NCBI GenBank assembly: GCA_965215225.1
Contig: OZ244039.1
Coordinates: 687,771 to 751,770 of the forward strand
From: Gammaproteobacteria bacterium
Lineage (GTDB): Bacteria; Pseudomonadota; Gammaproteobacteria; CBDBNL01; JAAOII01
Direction: 5' to 3'
Length of the DNA stretch: 64,000 nt
Position numbers and translations under genes: made by a program. The notes beneath the pieces were generated by a model. The model searched no databases. It was not told where the DNA came from and saw only the letters and a program-made list of their open reading frames with translations. Shown in pieces: positions 19,352 through 30,345 of this stretch; within the stretch, counting starts at the first letter, position 1, and every line of letters starts with the position of its first letter.

Positions 19352-20439
19352 AAGATATAAAACTATTAGGTTGTAATCATAGGACAGCATCTTTATCAGT
19401 GCGCGAACATATAGCCTTCGGTTCTGATCATATGGATAGCGCTATGAAATCTTTGCATAATCTTGAAGGTATAGATGAGGCATTGATTGTTTCTACTTGT
19501 AACCGAACGGAGATCTGTTATAGCGGGGTGGCTAATATGCAAAAGGTGGTTGAGTGGCTGGCAGATTTTCACGCTATTGATAGGGATCAACTGAGCGATT
19601 GCTTCTATTTTTATACAGCTAGAGAAGCGCTCTTTCACCTTATAAAAGTAGCCAGCGGGTTGGATTCTATGGTTCTTGGTGAGCCTCAGGTATTCGGTCA
19701 GATAAAGACTTCTTATAAGGAAGCGAAGGAAGGTGGCTATCTAGGTGGCTCCTTAGATGGGACACTGCAGCAGATTTTTGCTATCGCCAAAAAAGCGCGC
19801 AGCACTACTGGATTAGGCAACAAACCCTTAAGCCTAGCCTCAGTGGCGGTGCACCTTGCCGCCGACAAGTTGGGAGGGGGGCTAGTGAATGGCGCTGCCT
19901 TAATAGTAGGAGCAGGTCATAATGCATCATTAATTGCCCGCTATCTACACAAGCAGGGCAACCATTCTCTATTTATCGCCAATCGGACTCATGAAAAGGC
20001 AAAGAAGTTGGCCCAGTCCGTCAGTGGCAATGCCATAAGACTCATGGATATAGCAAAATATCTAGGGACGGTAAATATGGTATTTACTTCTACCAACTGT
20101 CCTACTTATATAATTACCAAAGATATGGTGGAAAGGGCGTTGATGAGTGAGTTGGTGAGTGATGAGAAGAAGAAATTCTTCATTGCCGATCTATCTGTGC
20201 CACGCGATGTTGAACCCTCGGTGCGCGAGTTAGCAAATGTTGCCTTTTTCATTATGGATGATATGCAAGGGCTTATTCAAAAGAATCAAGAGTATCGTGA
20301 TCAAGAGGCAAATAGGGCTATAAGGCTTATTGAAACTGAGGTAGGGTCGTTTGCTTCAAGAGGTTCAGAAAACCCTACCAGCTTGACAGGATTAGGAAAG
20401 ATGGCTAATGTTGGAACAGAAGATAAGAGAGAAATTTGA
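19348..20439 (+). CDS. hemA: Glutamyl-tRNA reductase
   Basis: [27 protein letters not shown] active-site region, NADPH-binding [13 protein letters not shown]; followed by prfA as in many Gammaproteobacteria. Confidence 0.85.
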   Translation: MKDIKLLGCNHRTASLSVREHIAFGSDHMDSAMKSLHNLEGIDEALIVSTCNRTEICYSGVANMQKVVEWLADFHAIDRDQLSDCFYFYTAREALFHLIKVASGLDSMVLGEPQVFGQIKTSYKEAKEGGYLGGSLDGTLQQIFAIAKKARSTTGLGNKPLSLASVAVHLAADKLGGGLVNGAALIVGAGHNASLIARYLHKQGNHSLFIANRTHEKAKKLAQSVSGNAIRLMDIAKYLGTVNMVFTSTNCPTYIITKDMVERALMSELVSDEKKKFFIADLSVPRDVEPSVRELANVAFFIMDDMQGLIQKNQEYRDQEANRAIRLIETEVGSFASRGSENPTSLTGLGKMANVGTEDKREI

Positions 20440-21493
20440 TAGAGTCCGTAACCGAGTAAGTGAATTGGAAGGTCTGTTAACCAAACCAGAGATCCTAGCT
20501 GATCATACCAGGATGCGTGACTATAATAAGGAACTGGCAAGGCTGAAGAGGATGCTGCTTGTTTATGACCAATATCACGCGTTGGAACAACAACAGCACC
20601 AAACAACCGAACTTCTTAAGGATGAGGATGAAGATCTTAGAGAACTTGCCAGTCAAGAGCATGAAGACCTGACTAAGCGACTGAATGAAAAATATGATGA
20701 GCTTACTGAATTGTTACAGGAAAAGAATAGAATAGATGAAAGGAATGTTTTTATGGAGATACGACCAGCGGCTGGCGGCGATGAGTCGGCTATTTTTGCT
20801 GGCGATCTATTGCGTATGTATCAATACTATATTGAAAAGAAGAATTGGGATTTGGAAATAGTCTCCCTAAATCCAAGCGAACAGGGAGGATATAAGCTGG
20901 TGGTTATGGCTATTAAGGGCGAGAATGTTTTTGGTCACTTGAAATTTGAATCTGGTACTCATAGAGTTCAGCGAGTTCCTAAAACAGAGGCACAAGGCAG
21001 AGTCCATACCTCAACCTGCACTATAGCGGTTTTGCCAGAGGCCGCTGGTTCGGATGAGCTGGTTATTAATAAAAAGGATTTGCGCATCGATACTTTCCGT
21101 GCCAGTGGTGCTGGTGGTCAGCATGTCAATAAGACCGACTCGGCAATTCGCATCACTCATATACCCACTGGATTGGTGGTGGAATGTCAAGAACAAAGAT
21201 CCCAGCATCGCAATAAGGAAAAGGCAATGGAGTTCTTGCGCGCTCAGTTGTTGCAAAGAGAGGAAGAGAAAAGACAAGCAGAGGAGACTGAACTGAGGCG
21301 TAGTTTGGTTGGCAGGGGAGATAGGGCAGAGAAGATTCGCACCTATAATTTTTCTCAAAACAGGGTAACAGATCATCGTTTGCCCATCACGCTTTATAGT
21401 TTGGGGGATCTGATGTTGGGCGATTTGGATATTATTATTAATCCACTGATGACAGAAGAGCGGGCCTTAGCAATAAAGGAGTCAGCCCAATGA
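20408..21493 (+). CDS. prfA: Peptide chain release factor 1
   Basis: [23 protein letters not shown] motif; RVQRVPKTE (PxT codon-recognition tripeptide, RF1-type). Confidence 0.9.
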   Translation: MLEQKIREKFDRVRNRVSELEGLLTKPEILADHTRMRDYNKELARLKRMLLVYDQYHALEQQQHQTTELLKDEDEDLRELASQEHEDLTKRLNEKYDELTELLQEKNRIDERNVFMEIRPAAGGDESAIFAGDLLRMYQYYIEKKNWDLEIVSLNPSEQGGYKLVVMAIKGENVFGHLKFESGTHRVQRVPKTEAQGRVHTSTCTIAVLPEAAGSDELVINKKDLRIDTFRASGAGGQHVNKTDSAIRITHIPTGLVVECQEQRSQHRNKEKAMEFLRAQLLQREEEKRQAEETELRRSLVGRGDRAEKIRTYNFSQNRVTDHRLPITLYSLGDLMLGDLDIIINPLMTEERALAIKESAQ

Positions 21494-21861
21494 AATCAAT
21501 GAAAAAAGGGCGGACAGGCTTAGGCTCCTTAGACGATTTTCTTGTCAATCTAAGAGTGCCACAACAAGAGGCAAGTGCTTCGCGTAAGAAGAAAGAAGCT
21601 CCTTTGACAGGTCCTTATTTGATGGACTATTGTAGGACTATGGACAGGTTAGAAAAACTATTTGTGAAAGCCTTGCCAAGCTATATGAGGCAAGAATTTA
21701 AATTAGCCAATTATAGGGAAGGTGAGCTGGTGGTTTTTTGTAGCAATGCAAATTATGCCAGTCATTTGAGGTATCATAGCGAAGAAATAATAGAGGTGTT
21801 GAGGAACCTGACCGAGTTTCACGACCTGATAAAGATTAAGGTTCGCCAAGGGGAAATATGA
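21490..21861 (+). CDS. Hypothetical protein, possibly DUF721/DciA-like
   Basis: 123 aa; C-terminal pattern ..[35 protein letters not shown] reminiscent of DUF721; family call weak. Confidence 0.4.
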   Translation: MKSMKKGRTGLGSLDDFLVNLRVPQQEASASRKKKEAPLTGPYLMDYCRTMDRLEKLFVKALPSYMRQEFKLANYREGELVVFCSNANYASHLRYHSEEIIEVLRNLTEFHDLIKIKVRQGEI

Positions 21862-22772
21862 TAAGACAGAAGACCTTAAGAGAGACTATCGACGCGGTAG
21901 GCATAGGATTGCATACAGGTAAAGAAATTAACCTTAGATTACTACCAGCGGCAGCCAATACTGGCATAGTATTTCGGCGGGTGGATAAAGAATCACCCGT
22001 GGAGATTAAAGCCCATGCACTCAATGTCCATCGCACAGTCCTGTCAACTGAGATTAGCAACGGGAAGGTTTCAATCTGCACCATCGAACATCTGGTATCT
22101 GCATTCGCTGGCTTGGGTATTGATAATGCTTATATTGAGGTGGATGATGCCGAGGTTCCTATAATGGATGGCAGTGCTTCTAATTTTATTTTCTTGCTTC
22201 AATCAGCAGGCACAGTGGAACAAGATGCCGCCAAAAAGTATATCCGTATTCTCAAACCTATAGTCTATGAAATAGATGACAAACGCGGCGAGTTCCATCC
22301 TTTTTTCGGTTATCGCATCAGTGTTGAGATTGACTTCCCCCATCCTTTTTTCAAACAAAAACAACTTAAGGAGGTGGTTGATTTCTCTACTACTTCTTTT
22401 GTGAAAATACTAAGCCGAGCCCGCACCTTTGGTTTTATGAAAGATGTTCGCGATCTACAGGCGAAGGACTTGGCGTTAGGGGGCAGCTTACAAAATGCCA
22501 TCTTATTGGATGATAAAGATATCATAAACAAAGAGGGCTTACGGCATCCTATGGAATTGGTCCTCCATAAGGTGTTGGACGCTATAGGCGATCTTTACCT
22601 TATAGGTCATCATATCATCGGCGAGTTTCGTGGCTATAAATCCGGTCACCACATTAATAACCGTCTCATCCGTAAGCTATTGGAAGATAAAGAGGCATTT
22701 AGGATTGAAGAATTTTCAAAATCGGAAGACCTGCCAATCAACTATCGCACTATGAATAAGGAGGTTGATTAA
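21858..22772 (+). CDS. lpxC: UDP-3-O-acyl-N-acetylglucosamine deacetylase
   Basis: [23 protein letters not shown]..., SRARTFGFMKDV, HKVLDAIGDLYLIGH, YKSGHHINN; collinear with E. coli LpxC. Confidence 0.9.
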   Translation: MIRQKTLRETIDAVGIGLHTGKEINLRLLPAAANTGIVFRRVDKESPVEIKAHALNVHRTVLSTEISNGKVSICTIEHLVSAFAGLGIDNAYIEVDDAEVPIMDGSASNFIFLLQSAGTVEQDAAKKYIRILKPIVYEIDDKRGEFHPFFGYRISVEIDFPHPFFKQKQLKEVVDFSTTSFVKILSRARTFGFMKDVRDLQAKDLALGGSLQNAILLDDKDIINKEGLRHPMELVLHKVLDAIGDLYLIGHHIIGEFRGYKSGHHINNRLIRKLLEDKEAFRIEEFSKSEDLPINYRTMNKEVD

Positions 22773-23208
22773 AAATGAGATTATGTTGTATCTTTGGATT
22801 AAGGCCTTCCATTTGATTTCGGTAGTGGTTTGGTTTGCGGGGTTGTTCTATCTCCCACGCCTGTTTGTCTATCATAGTGCTACTGAGGATGAGAATATGC
22901 AAAAGAGCTATGCGACTATGGAGAGGAGGCTCTATCGTATCATTATGAACCCTGCGGTTATGATGGTTTTTGTTCTCGGGTTTGTTCTTCTCTGGCTAAA
23001 TCCAGCAGTGGCTTATGGCGGTTGGTTTCACATTAAGCTGGTCTTGGTCTTGGCATTGCTGGTATATCATATTTTTTGCGGTAGGATAATGAGATCCTTT
23101 GCTGAAGGAGATAATACTAGGACAACTGGCTTCTATCGTGTTTTCAATGAGGTTCCAACGGTTTTCCTTATAGCTATTGTCGTGCTTGCTGTGGTCAAAC
23201 CCTTCTGA
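22765..23208 (+). CDS. hemJ: Protoporphyrinogen IX oxidase HemJ (CopD/UPF0093 family membrane protein)
   Basis: LYLWIKAFHLISVVVWFAGLFYLPRLFVYH ... FNEVPTVFLIAIVVLAVVKPF, near full-length match to HemJ family. Confidence 0.75.
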   Translation: MIKNEIMLYLWIKAFHLISVVVWFAGLFYLPRLFVYHSATEDENMQKSYATMERRLYRIIMNPAVMMVFVLGFVLLWLNPAVAYGGWFHIKLVLVLALLVYHIFCGRIMRSFAEGDNTRTTGFYRVFNEVPTVFLIAIVVLAVVKPF

Positions 23209-25640
23209 TGAGCGCTCAGGTCCTCGCTCGTATCTGGCGACCAAAGTCTTTCAAAGATATGGTTGGGCAAGAACATATCACGCGAACTCTGATGAATGCC
23301 TTAAGGTTAGAACGCTTCCATCACGCCTATCTTTTTTGTGGCACTCGTGGTGTCGGCAAGACGACCATTGCTCGTATCCTAGCCAAGAGTTTCTTTTGCC
23401 AACAAAGAAAAAACTCAGAGCCCTGTAATGCTTGTTCCTCCTGCCAAGCCATTGATGAGGGCAGCTATGCCGACCTGATAGAAGTGGATGCTGCCTCACG
23501 CACTAAGGTAGAAGATACTCGCGATCTGCTGAGCGACGCTCAGTTTGCCCCAACCGAGGGCAAGTATAAGATCTACTTGATTGATGAGGTGCATATGCTT
23601 TCTGGTCATAGTTTCAATGCCCTGTTGAAGACTCTTGAGGAGCCGCCGCCACATATTATCTTTCTCTTTGCCACCACTGAACCACAGAAGTTGCCTATGA
23701 CTATGATATCTCGTTGTCTAAGATTCAATCTGAAAATGATTACGGAACCAGTGATAGTAGTTAGGCTGCAAGAGATCTTAAAGGCAGAAAAAATCTCTTT
23801 TGAAGAGAGAGCAACTGAATTACTTGCTCATTATGCCCGCGGTAGTATGCGCGATGCGCTGAGTCTGGTTGATCAGGCTATAGCCTATTGTGAGAAAGAT
23901 ATTCTTTACGATAAGGTTGCCTCTATGCTGGGCACCGCTCAGTTATTAACTCCTGAGGAAGCAGTGACTCATTTAATTCATAATCATGTTGATGAGCTGT
24001 TGAAGGCTACTGCTGTGATGGAAGAAAATGGAGTGGATTTCAGTGAGTTTCTTGATAACTTAATGGCATTATTACAAGATATTGCGGTCTTACAGCTAAG
24101 AGATTCAAACTCTCAGTCGGAAGAAAAGAAGTCCTATGTGAAGGATTTAAGTCCAGAGGAGGTTCAGCTTTTCTATCAAATTGCTTTACTAACAAAAAAA
24201 GAATTGCCTTGGGCGCCTTCCCCCCGCCGCGCGGTAGATATGGGATTGCTAAGAATGCTCAGTATGCAACCCCTATTCGCTGGTGAGACCTTGATACCAG
24301 CTCGCGCTGGGGCAGCTGGGGAAGGACTATCCCATGAGGAGGAGCCTATGGGGGTGAATAAGCAACAGAAGATGGAACCCCTTGAAGACGAGAAGGATGA
24401 AAAAGATAAGAAGGATAGAAAGGATGGAAAAGATGAGAAAGATGAAAGAAATGAAAAAGATAAGAGCCCGAAAGAAGAACTAAAACCTGAGATAACAGAC
24501 TCGCCGCAAGAATCTACTGATCTGCTGAAAGGAGAAACTCCTATGGAAGAAACACAGAAAACTGAGAAGATAGAAGAGGCTAAGAAGGAAGATGAGGCGA
24601 TGAAAACAGCGGAAGGAGAGGGTAGCGAGAGGGAAGAGAATAAGGGAGAACAGGAGGAGGAGCAACTTAAGACAGAGATGAAAGAAGAGGCAAAAGAAGA
24701 GGCAAAAGAAGAAGATAAGAAAGAGGAGCAACTTAAGACGGAGATAAAAGAAGAAGCAAAAGAGGAAGATAAGAAAGAGGAACAACTTAAGGCAGAGATA
24801 AAAGAAGAAGCAAAGGAGGAAGAGAGTAGCGAGAAAGAAGAGGAAGAAGAGATAAAGGAAGATAAGAGGGAAGAACAACTTGGGATGGATATCAAGGAAG
24901 AAGAGAAGGAAGCAAAGGGGGAAGAAACCCAGACTCAAGAAGTTGGAGCAATTGAGGGGACAGAGCACAGCAAGGATAGGAAGGAAGCAAGGAAAGAAGA
25001 AGCAACCCAAGGTGAAGGATCTCTTATAGAAGAAGCGCAAAAAGAGGAGCAAGTGGAACAAGCTCAAAAGGTTACAGAGATTGGGGAGACGAGACAGCAA
25101 AGGGATATTGAGGAGGCAAGGAGAGAAGAAACAGCCGAAGCCGAAGAGTCTCCTATGGAAAAGAGACAAGAGGAGGAGCAAGCATCTAGTTCCGCTAGTA
25201 AAGACGCCACACAGGAAGACAAGCCTAGCTCCAATCAGTTAGAAGAGGCTGAAAAGGATTATACACAGCCTTATCACTGGGCTCAATTGGTTGAGAGTCT
25301 TGACCTGTCTGGTTTGCAGGCAAGTTTACTAAGTGATACCAGACTTGTGCATCAGCAAAAGGGGATGTGGCTTTTGCGCATCCCTGCTCATGTTCGTGTG
25401 AATCTAGAGGATAATAGTAGGGAGGCTATAGAACGGGCATTAACTCAGAGGTTGCGCCAATCCATAAAGTTAGATCTTGAGGTTGGTGCTGTTGATGACA
25501 CGCCTAGTATGTTAAGAAATGAACAGCGGCTCCAAATGGTTCGGCAATTAAGTGACAGTCCCTTAGTAAAGGATATAGTTCAGAACTATGATGGTGAATT
25601 GGATGAAGACTCAGTGAGGCAAAAAGATGCATCTCCCTAA
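23208..25640 (+). CDS. dnaX: DNA polymerase III subunits gamma/tau with ~330-aa internal acidic K/E/D low-complexity repeat insertion
   Basis: AAA+ clamp-loader N-terminus (GQEHITRTLMNALRLERFHHAYLFCGTRGVGKTT, Zn module CNACSSC, SRC). Tandem nucleotide repeats encoding EEQLKTE(I/M)KEEAKEE(D)KK about three times. Conserved tau C-terminal segment. Confidence 0.85.
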   Translation: MSAQVLARIWRPKSFKDMVGQEHITRTLMNALRLERFHHAYLFCGTRGVGKTTIARILAKSFFCQQRKNSEPCNACSSCQAIDEGSYADLIEVDAASRTKVEDTRDLLSDAQFAPTEGKYKIYLIDEVHMLSGHSFNALLKTLEEPPPHIIFLFATTEPQKLPMTMISRCLRFNLKMITEPVIVVRLQEILKAEKISFEERATELLAHYARGSMRDALSLVDQAIAYCEKDILYDKVASMLGTAQLLTPEEAVTHLIHNHVDELLKATAVMEENGVDFSEFLDNLMALLQDIAVLQLRDSNSQSEEKKSYVKDLSPEEVQLFYQIALLTKKELPWAPSPRRAVDMGLLRMLSMQPLFAGETLIPARAGAAGEGLSHEEEPMGVNKQQKMEPLEDEKDEKDKKDRKDGKDEKDERNEKDKSPKEELKPEITDSPQESTDLLKGETPMEETQKTEKIEEAKKEDEAMKTAEGEGSEREENKGEQEEEQLKTEMKEEAKEEAKEEDKKEEQLKTEIKEEAKEEDKKEEQLKAEIKEEAKEEESSEKEEEEEIKEDKREEQLGMDIKEEEKEAKGEETQTQEVGAIEGTEHSKDRKEARKEEATQGEGSLIEEAQKEEQVEQAQKVTEIGETRQQRDIEEARREETAEAEESPMEKRQEEEQASSSASKDATQEDKPSSNQLEEAEKDYTQPYHWAQLVESLDLSGLQASLLSDTRLVHQQKGMWLLRIPAHVRVNLEDNSREAIERALTQRLRQSIKLDLEVGAVDDTPSMLRNEQRLQMVRQLSDSPLVKDIVQNYDGELDEDSVRQKDASP

Positions 25641-25658
25641 ACTTGTTGGGTATTCTCA

Positions 25659-25958
25659 ATGGACTTAAAAGATATTCTTAAGCAAGCAGAAGGCTTTCAA
25701 AGTAAATTACGCGGCTTGGAAGAGGAGCTGACCGGGCTAGAGACAATTGGCGAGTCAGGTGGAGGCATGATAGAAGTCCGTTTGAACGGCAAGTATGAGG
25801 TGGTCTCCTTAGTCATCAGTGACCAAGCCCAAAAGGAAGACAAAGAAGTTCTAGCTGAACTAGTGATGGCTGCGATGAACAATGCAGTTGCCAAGATGCA
25901 TGAACTTCGTCAAAAGAAACAGGGGGCGGTGTTATTTGGCGGCTCTGATAATGTCTAA
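25659..25958 (+). CDS. ybaB: Nucleoid-associated protein YbaB/EbfC
   Basis: 99 aa, ..GESGGGMIEVRLNGKYEVVSLVISDQ.. family signature; canonical dnaX-ybaB-recR order. Confidence 0.85.
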   Translation: MDLKDILKQAEGFQSKLRGLEEELTGLETIGESGGGMIEVRLNGKYEVVSLVISDQAQKEDKEVLAELVMAAMNNAVAKMHELRQKKQGAVLFGGSDNV

Positions 25959-26571
25959 ATCGATTGACAGCTTAATTGAGAGCTTTATTGGCTTGCCAGG
26001 CATAGGAACAAGATCGGCACATAGGCTGGTCTTTTATCTGCTCGCCCATAACCGCTCACTAGGACGTTTGATTGCTAAGCACCTTGCCACTGCTATGGAT
26101 GATATCAGAGAATGCGCCCAGTGTCGTAACTTCACCGAGAAAGAAATATGTGATATCTGCTTAGATGAGGGGCGGGAGAAGAAGCTGTGTGTAGTGGAAC
26201 TGCCTATAGATATTCTCGCGATTGAACGCAGTGGCTGTTATAGAGGCTATTATTTTGTCTTGCATGGTCGCCTCTCTCCTATTGATGGCATAGGACCTAA
26301 GCAGCTTTTCATAAGCCAACTGGCTAATCTGGTGAGGGCTAATCACTATGAAGAGGTGATCATAGCAACTAATCTGACTGTTGAGGGCGAGGTGACTGCC
26401 CATTACATCAGCAAGTCTCTTCTTCCCTTTGATGTTCGCGTGACCCGCATAGCTCATGGTGTTCCTATGGGAGGGGAGCTGGAGTATGTAGATGGTGGCA
26501 CTCTGTCTCATGCCTTTACTGGTAGATCCTTATATCAAACAGATGGTGCTGAATCTAAAGCGGGACATTGA
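25951..26571 (+). CDS. recR: Recombination protein RecR
   Basis: HhH N-terminus LPGIGTRSAHRL; C4 zinc finger CAQCRNFTEKEICDIC; Toprim VVELPIDILAIERSG; start set at MSKSID (25951). Confidence 0.85.
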   Translation: MSKSIDSLIESFIGLPGIGTRSAHRLVFYLLAHNRSLGRLIAKHLATAMDDIRECAQCRNFTEKEICDICLDEGREKKLCVVELPIDILAIERSGCYRGYYFVLHGRLSPIDGIGPKQLFISQLANLVRANHYEEVIIATNLTVEGEVTAHYISKSLLPFDVRVTRIAHGVPMGGELEYVDGGTLSHAFTGRSLYQTDGAESKAGH

Positions 26572-27310
26572 AGGATTGCGGGCGGCAGGCAAGGCAACAG
26601 CACAGGTTTTAGAATTCATTGCCAATCACATTCGGCCGGGTATCAGCACAGCTCGGCTAAATGATCTGTGTCATGATTTCATCACAAACAAATTGAATGG
26701 GATTCCAGCCAGTCTAGGCTATCAAGGATTTAGTAAGTCAATATGCACTTCCATTAACAATGTGGTTTGCCATGGTATCCCAGCTGAAAACAAACTGCTT
26801 AGAGCTGGTGATATTATTAATGTAGATGTGGCAGTCATTTTGGACGGCTATTATGGCGATAGCAGCTGCACTTTTTTAGTAGGCAAGACCAACTCTTTTG
26901 CTCGCCGATTAGTTGCTGTATGTCAGCAGTGTCTTTATCATGGCATAAGAGAAGCACTGCCGGGGAAAAGGCTTGGAGATATAGGCGCAGCTATTCAAGC
27001 CAAGGCAGAGACAGAAGGCTTTTCAGTGGTGAAAGAATACTGCGGTCATGGAACGGGCAAGAAATATCATACAACTCCTTCAGTTTTGCATTATGGGGTT
27101 AGGGGGACTGGACCAGTCATTCGTCCAGGAATGTGCTTTACTATTGAGCCTATGATTAATGCCGGACGGGCAGAGACACGGGTTCTAGAAGACGGCTGGA
27201 CGGTGGTCACTCAAGACGGCAGCCTCTCTGCTCAATGGGAGCATACTGTCTTAGTGAGAGAAAAAGGCTGCGAGGTTCTAACCCAAAGAACTGCCGAACA
27301 GATTTGCTAG
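26543..27310 (+). CDS. map: Methionine aminopeptidase type I
   Basis: VVCHGIP, DVAVILDGYYGDSS, YCGHGTGKKYH, FTIEPMIN, SAQWEHTVLV metal-ligand motifs; start set at Met 26543. Confidence 0.85.
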   Translation: MVLNLKRDIEGLRAAGKATAQVLEFIANHIRPGISTARLNDLCHDFITNKLNGIPASLGYQGFSKSICTSINNVVCHGIPAENKLLRAGDIINVDVAVILDGYYGDSSCTFLVGKTNSFARRLVAVCQQCLYHGIREALPGKRLGDIGAAIQAKAETEGFSVVKEYCGHGTGKKYHTTPSVLHYGVRGTGPVIRPGMCFTIEPMINAGRAETRVLEDGWTVVTQDGSLSAQWEHTVLVREKGCEVLTQRTAEQIC

Positions 27311-27311
27311 T

Positions 27312-28763
27312 CTAGCCGCCTATCAGACTCTGAATCAATAGGTGAACAGCAACAGAAGCAAAGTAACCCAAAGCTATTACCGGCGCCCATTTGAGATGGT
27401 AAAAGAAAGTGTAGCTGCCACGCGCATGACCGAGAAGAGCCACTCCAGCCGCCGAGCCAGTTGCCAGCAGACTTCCTCCTATGCCTGCGGTTAGGGTTAC
27501 CAATAGCCATTGGCCATCATCCATCGCTGGATCCATCTGCAGAACGGCAAACATCACTGGAATATTGTCAAGAACAGCCGAGAAGAGCCCTATGAAAATA
27601 TTGGCGATGGTCGGACCAAACTCAGCATAGGTTGCTAAGGATAGGACTTCTAGATAACCAAGAAAACTCAACCCGCCTATACACATTACTATGCCATAAA
27701 AGAAGATGAGAGTGTCCCATTCGGCATGGGCTATGCGATTAAATATATCAAAGGGAACTATATTACCCATACGGACAAACTGGTCTGGGGTGACATGGGC
27801 GCGCTTGGCCTTTTGGGCGATAGAACGGGGAAGGGACATACGGAGGTAATAACCAAAGAATTGTAAATAGCTTAGCCCCATCATCATGCCTACCACTGCT
27901 GGCAGATTGAAAAGAGTGTGAAATAATACTGCGGTCACGATAGTTAAAAAGAAGAGAAAAATAATGGTAAAAGTTCCCCGTTTTAGTTCAATCTCGTCAT
28001 GAGTATGTTGCGGCTTTTCGACTGGTAAGAAGAACTGCATCACCATCGCCGGGATGACAAAGCTAACTAGAGATGGAATAAAAAGGTCAAAGAATTCGTA
28101 GAACGACAGGATCTCGGCTTGCCAAACCATAAGAGTAGTGATATCGCCAAAAGGGCTGAAAGCACCGCCGGCATTTGCCGCTATGACTATGTTGATACAA
28201 CTAAGAGCAACAAATTTCTTGTGGCTGCCTCCTACCGCGATGACCACACTTGCCATAAGCAAAGCAGTGGTAAGGTTATCGGCAAAAGGTGAGATGAAAA
28301 AGGCAAGCAGACCAGTTATCCAAAACAAACTCTTGAAACTGAGACTCTTCCCCACTAACCATTCCTTTAATTTGAGAAAGAGCCGCCTTTCGTCCATAGC
28401 ATTGATATAGGTCATGGCAACCAATAGAAATAGAAGTAGTTCGGCATATTCCAATAGGGTCCTTTCTAAGGATTCCAAAACTAGCGAAGACTTATCACTC
28501 CCCATATAAAGCACAGCAATAGAAGCCCAAATGATACCCGCACATAGTAAGACAGGTTTGGATTTGCGCATGCGGGTATATTCCTCCAGCATCACCAGGA
28601 TATAGGCTATGATGAATATGAAGACATTGATAATCGCAAGGGGATGGGTTGTCAGATTGAGAGGCGCTGCCGTCTCATCCGCAGCAAATACCAACCCAGC
28701 TTGCAAGCAAAGAAAAATGGCGATTAATAGTTTCAACATAGGTATTAATTTAATTTTACTCAT
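27312..28763 (-). CDS. NhaD/ArsB-superfamily ion transporter (probable NhaD-type Na+/H+ antiporter) with N-terminal signal peptide
   Basis: 483 aa, ~12 TM, two-repeat architecture and resemblance to NhaD. Confidence 0.55.
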   Translation of the reverse strand: MSKIKLIPMLKLLIAIFLCLQAGLVFAADETAAPLNLTTHPLAIINVFIFIIAYILVMLEEYTRMRKSKPVLLCAGIIWASIAVLYMGSDKSSLVLESLERTLLEYAELLLFLLVAMTYINAMDERRLFLKLKEWLVGKSLSFKSLFWITGLLAFFISPFADNLTTALLMASVVIAVGGSHKKFVALSCINIVIAANAGGAFSPFGDITTLMVWQAEILSFYEFFDLFIPSLVSFVIPAMVMQFFLPVEKPQHTHDEIELKRGTFTIIFLFFLTIVTAVLFHTLFNLPAVVGMMMGLSYLQFFGYYLRMSLPRSIAQKAKRAHVTPDQFVRMGNIVPFDIFNRIAHAEWDTLIFFYGIVMCIGGLSFLGYLEVLSLATYAEFGPTIANIFIGLFSAVLDNIPVMFAVLQMDPAMDDGQWLLVTLTAGIGGSLLATGSAAGVALLGHARGSYTFFYHLKWAPVIALGYFASVAVHLLIQSLIGG

Positions 28764-28855
28764 AAATACAAGCTATTGCATTTATGATTTGAACACAAGT
28801 AATGTATAGCCATAGAACTCTTTTTGTTCTACTATTAATCAGCTAGAGAGGGGGC

Positions 28856-30241
28856 TTAGCTAGGCCGGTTCAATTTGGCAATCAATAAAGTAAGGGCGCA
28901 AGATACTAAGGATGCCGCTAGAAAAGATTGCAACCACCCGCTGCCAAGAAAGTGAGGGATAAGAGGAGAGAAATCTGGCTTGGGCATAAATAGTATTCCA
29001 GCAGCAATCCCACCTACACATCCGAACAATGCGCTTGCCTCATTGATCCTTTTGTTGTAAAGACCATAGAAAAGCGGAAAAGCCATGCCAGCACAGAGCA
29101 TATCGGCTATCAGAAAGAGATAAAGGACACTATAGCCGGGGACGGCAACTAGAATAGCCAAAATGGTAAGGATTGAAGTCGCCCAACGGGATATCCTAAT
29201 GACCTTTGAGCTTGATTCAATATGAGAGTTGCGTTGCTGAAGTAGCGGCTGCAGAGGTTGAACTATCAAACCAGCAAGCGCATTAAGCAAAGAATCTAAA
29301 CTACTCATCACCAATAACACTGCCAGAATGAGAAGCAACAGGATGAGCCAAACGGGCGCCAAACTATTCACCAGCTCAAACATTGCAGTCTCTGGATGTC
29401 TAGGCGAAAGATCGCCAATTAAGAAACCGAAGCTACCAGCTAAGAAGATGAGAGGTATCATAGCAATACCAGCAATGAGAAAAGATACCCTAAGGGTCTT
29501 ATCGTTGCGACAAGCATAGGCTCTTTGCCATAGGCTCTGATTGAAAAGCTGAGCAGCTACTATCGCAATAATGAGTGTTAGAGCAAAAGTCCAGCCGGGC
29601 AAGTAGGCCGTTCTAAATGCCACTGCTGGCATCTCTTTCGTCTGTAATAGAATAAAGAGGAAAACCAGAATGAGTAGCGGCACTAGTATGCTGAGTTGAA
29701 TCTTATCTGTGAAAACAACTGCTTGAAACCCTCCACGATTAGTATAGGCCCAGGTGGCAATGGCAATGATCGGCACAGTGATGCTTAAAGGAATCTGAGC
29801 TAAAACACTCACCGCCTTTCCTATGGCAGTCAATTCTGCGGTGAGGAATATAAACATATAGAAAAGACAAATAACTAAAACAGCACTTGCCATCTTCCTC
29901 CCATAGCGTTCTTGCGCCCATTGGGGCAGACTGGTGGTCTGTGGCATGAGCCTTAACAACCTCACTCCCAGCACCGCAATCAGAATAAGCGGCAACGCTT
30001 GCCCCAATGCATAGCCTCCCAAAGCAATAATACCAAATTGGATGGTTGTCTCTACTGGTGTAAAGAGTATCCAAACTCCAGCAGCAGAAGCCACAATAGT
30101 AGCGATTGAGGCAAGAGTATTCAGTGACCTCTTAGGAAAAATAAACTCCAGCCCCGCTCCCTCTCTTTTAGCCATAAACACCCCAGCACCAGCCATCAAC
30201 CCAGCAACAACAACCACAGCAAAAAGATAAAAGATACTCAT
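28856..30241 (-). CDS. Sodium:solute symporter family (SSS) transporter
   Basis: RGGFQAVVFTDKIQ SSS signature, 13-14 TM. Confidence 0.65.
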   Translation of the reverse strand: MSIFYLFAVVVVAGLMAGAGVFMAKREGAGLEFIFPKRSLNTLASIATIVASAAGVWILFTPVETTIQFGIIALGGYALGQALPLILIAVLGVRLLRLMPQTTSLPQWAQERYGRKMASAVLVICLFYMFIFLTAELTAIGKAVSVLAQIPLSITVPIIAIATWAYTNRGGFQAVVFTDKIQLSILVPLLILVFLFILLQTKEMPAVAFRTAYLPGWTFALTLIIAIVAAQLFNQSLWQRAYACRNDKTLRVSFLIAGIAMIPLIFLAGSFGFLIGDLSPRHPETAMFELVNSLAPVWLILLLLILAVLLVMSSLDSLLNALAGLIVQPLQPLLQQRNSHIESSSKVIRISRWATSILTILAILVAVPGYSVLYLFLIADMLCAGMAFPLFYGLYNKRINEASALFGCVGGIAAGILFMPKPDFSPLIPHFLGSGWLQSFLAASLVSCALTLLIAKLNRPS

Positions 30242-30345
30242 ATCGGGTTTAGTATATCCTATTGATTTGATCTAATAGGTTGTTTAGCTTGTAGTTTGTA
30301 AGATATCCAACAAACTCTATTCACATTTGATCTAATAGTTTTTGG

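Noticed and set aside
24176-25181. Long minus-strand ORFs (239 aa, 233 aa) antisense to dnaX
   Set aside because: They result from the K/E-repeat region (GAA/AAG-rich), which is stop-free on the opposite strand (Ser/Phe/Leu-rich peptides). dnaX on + is unambiguous.
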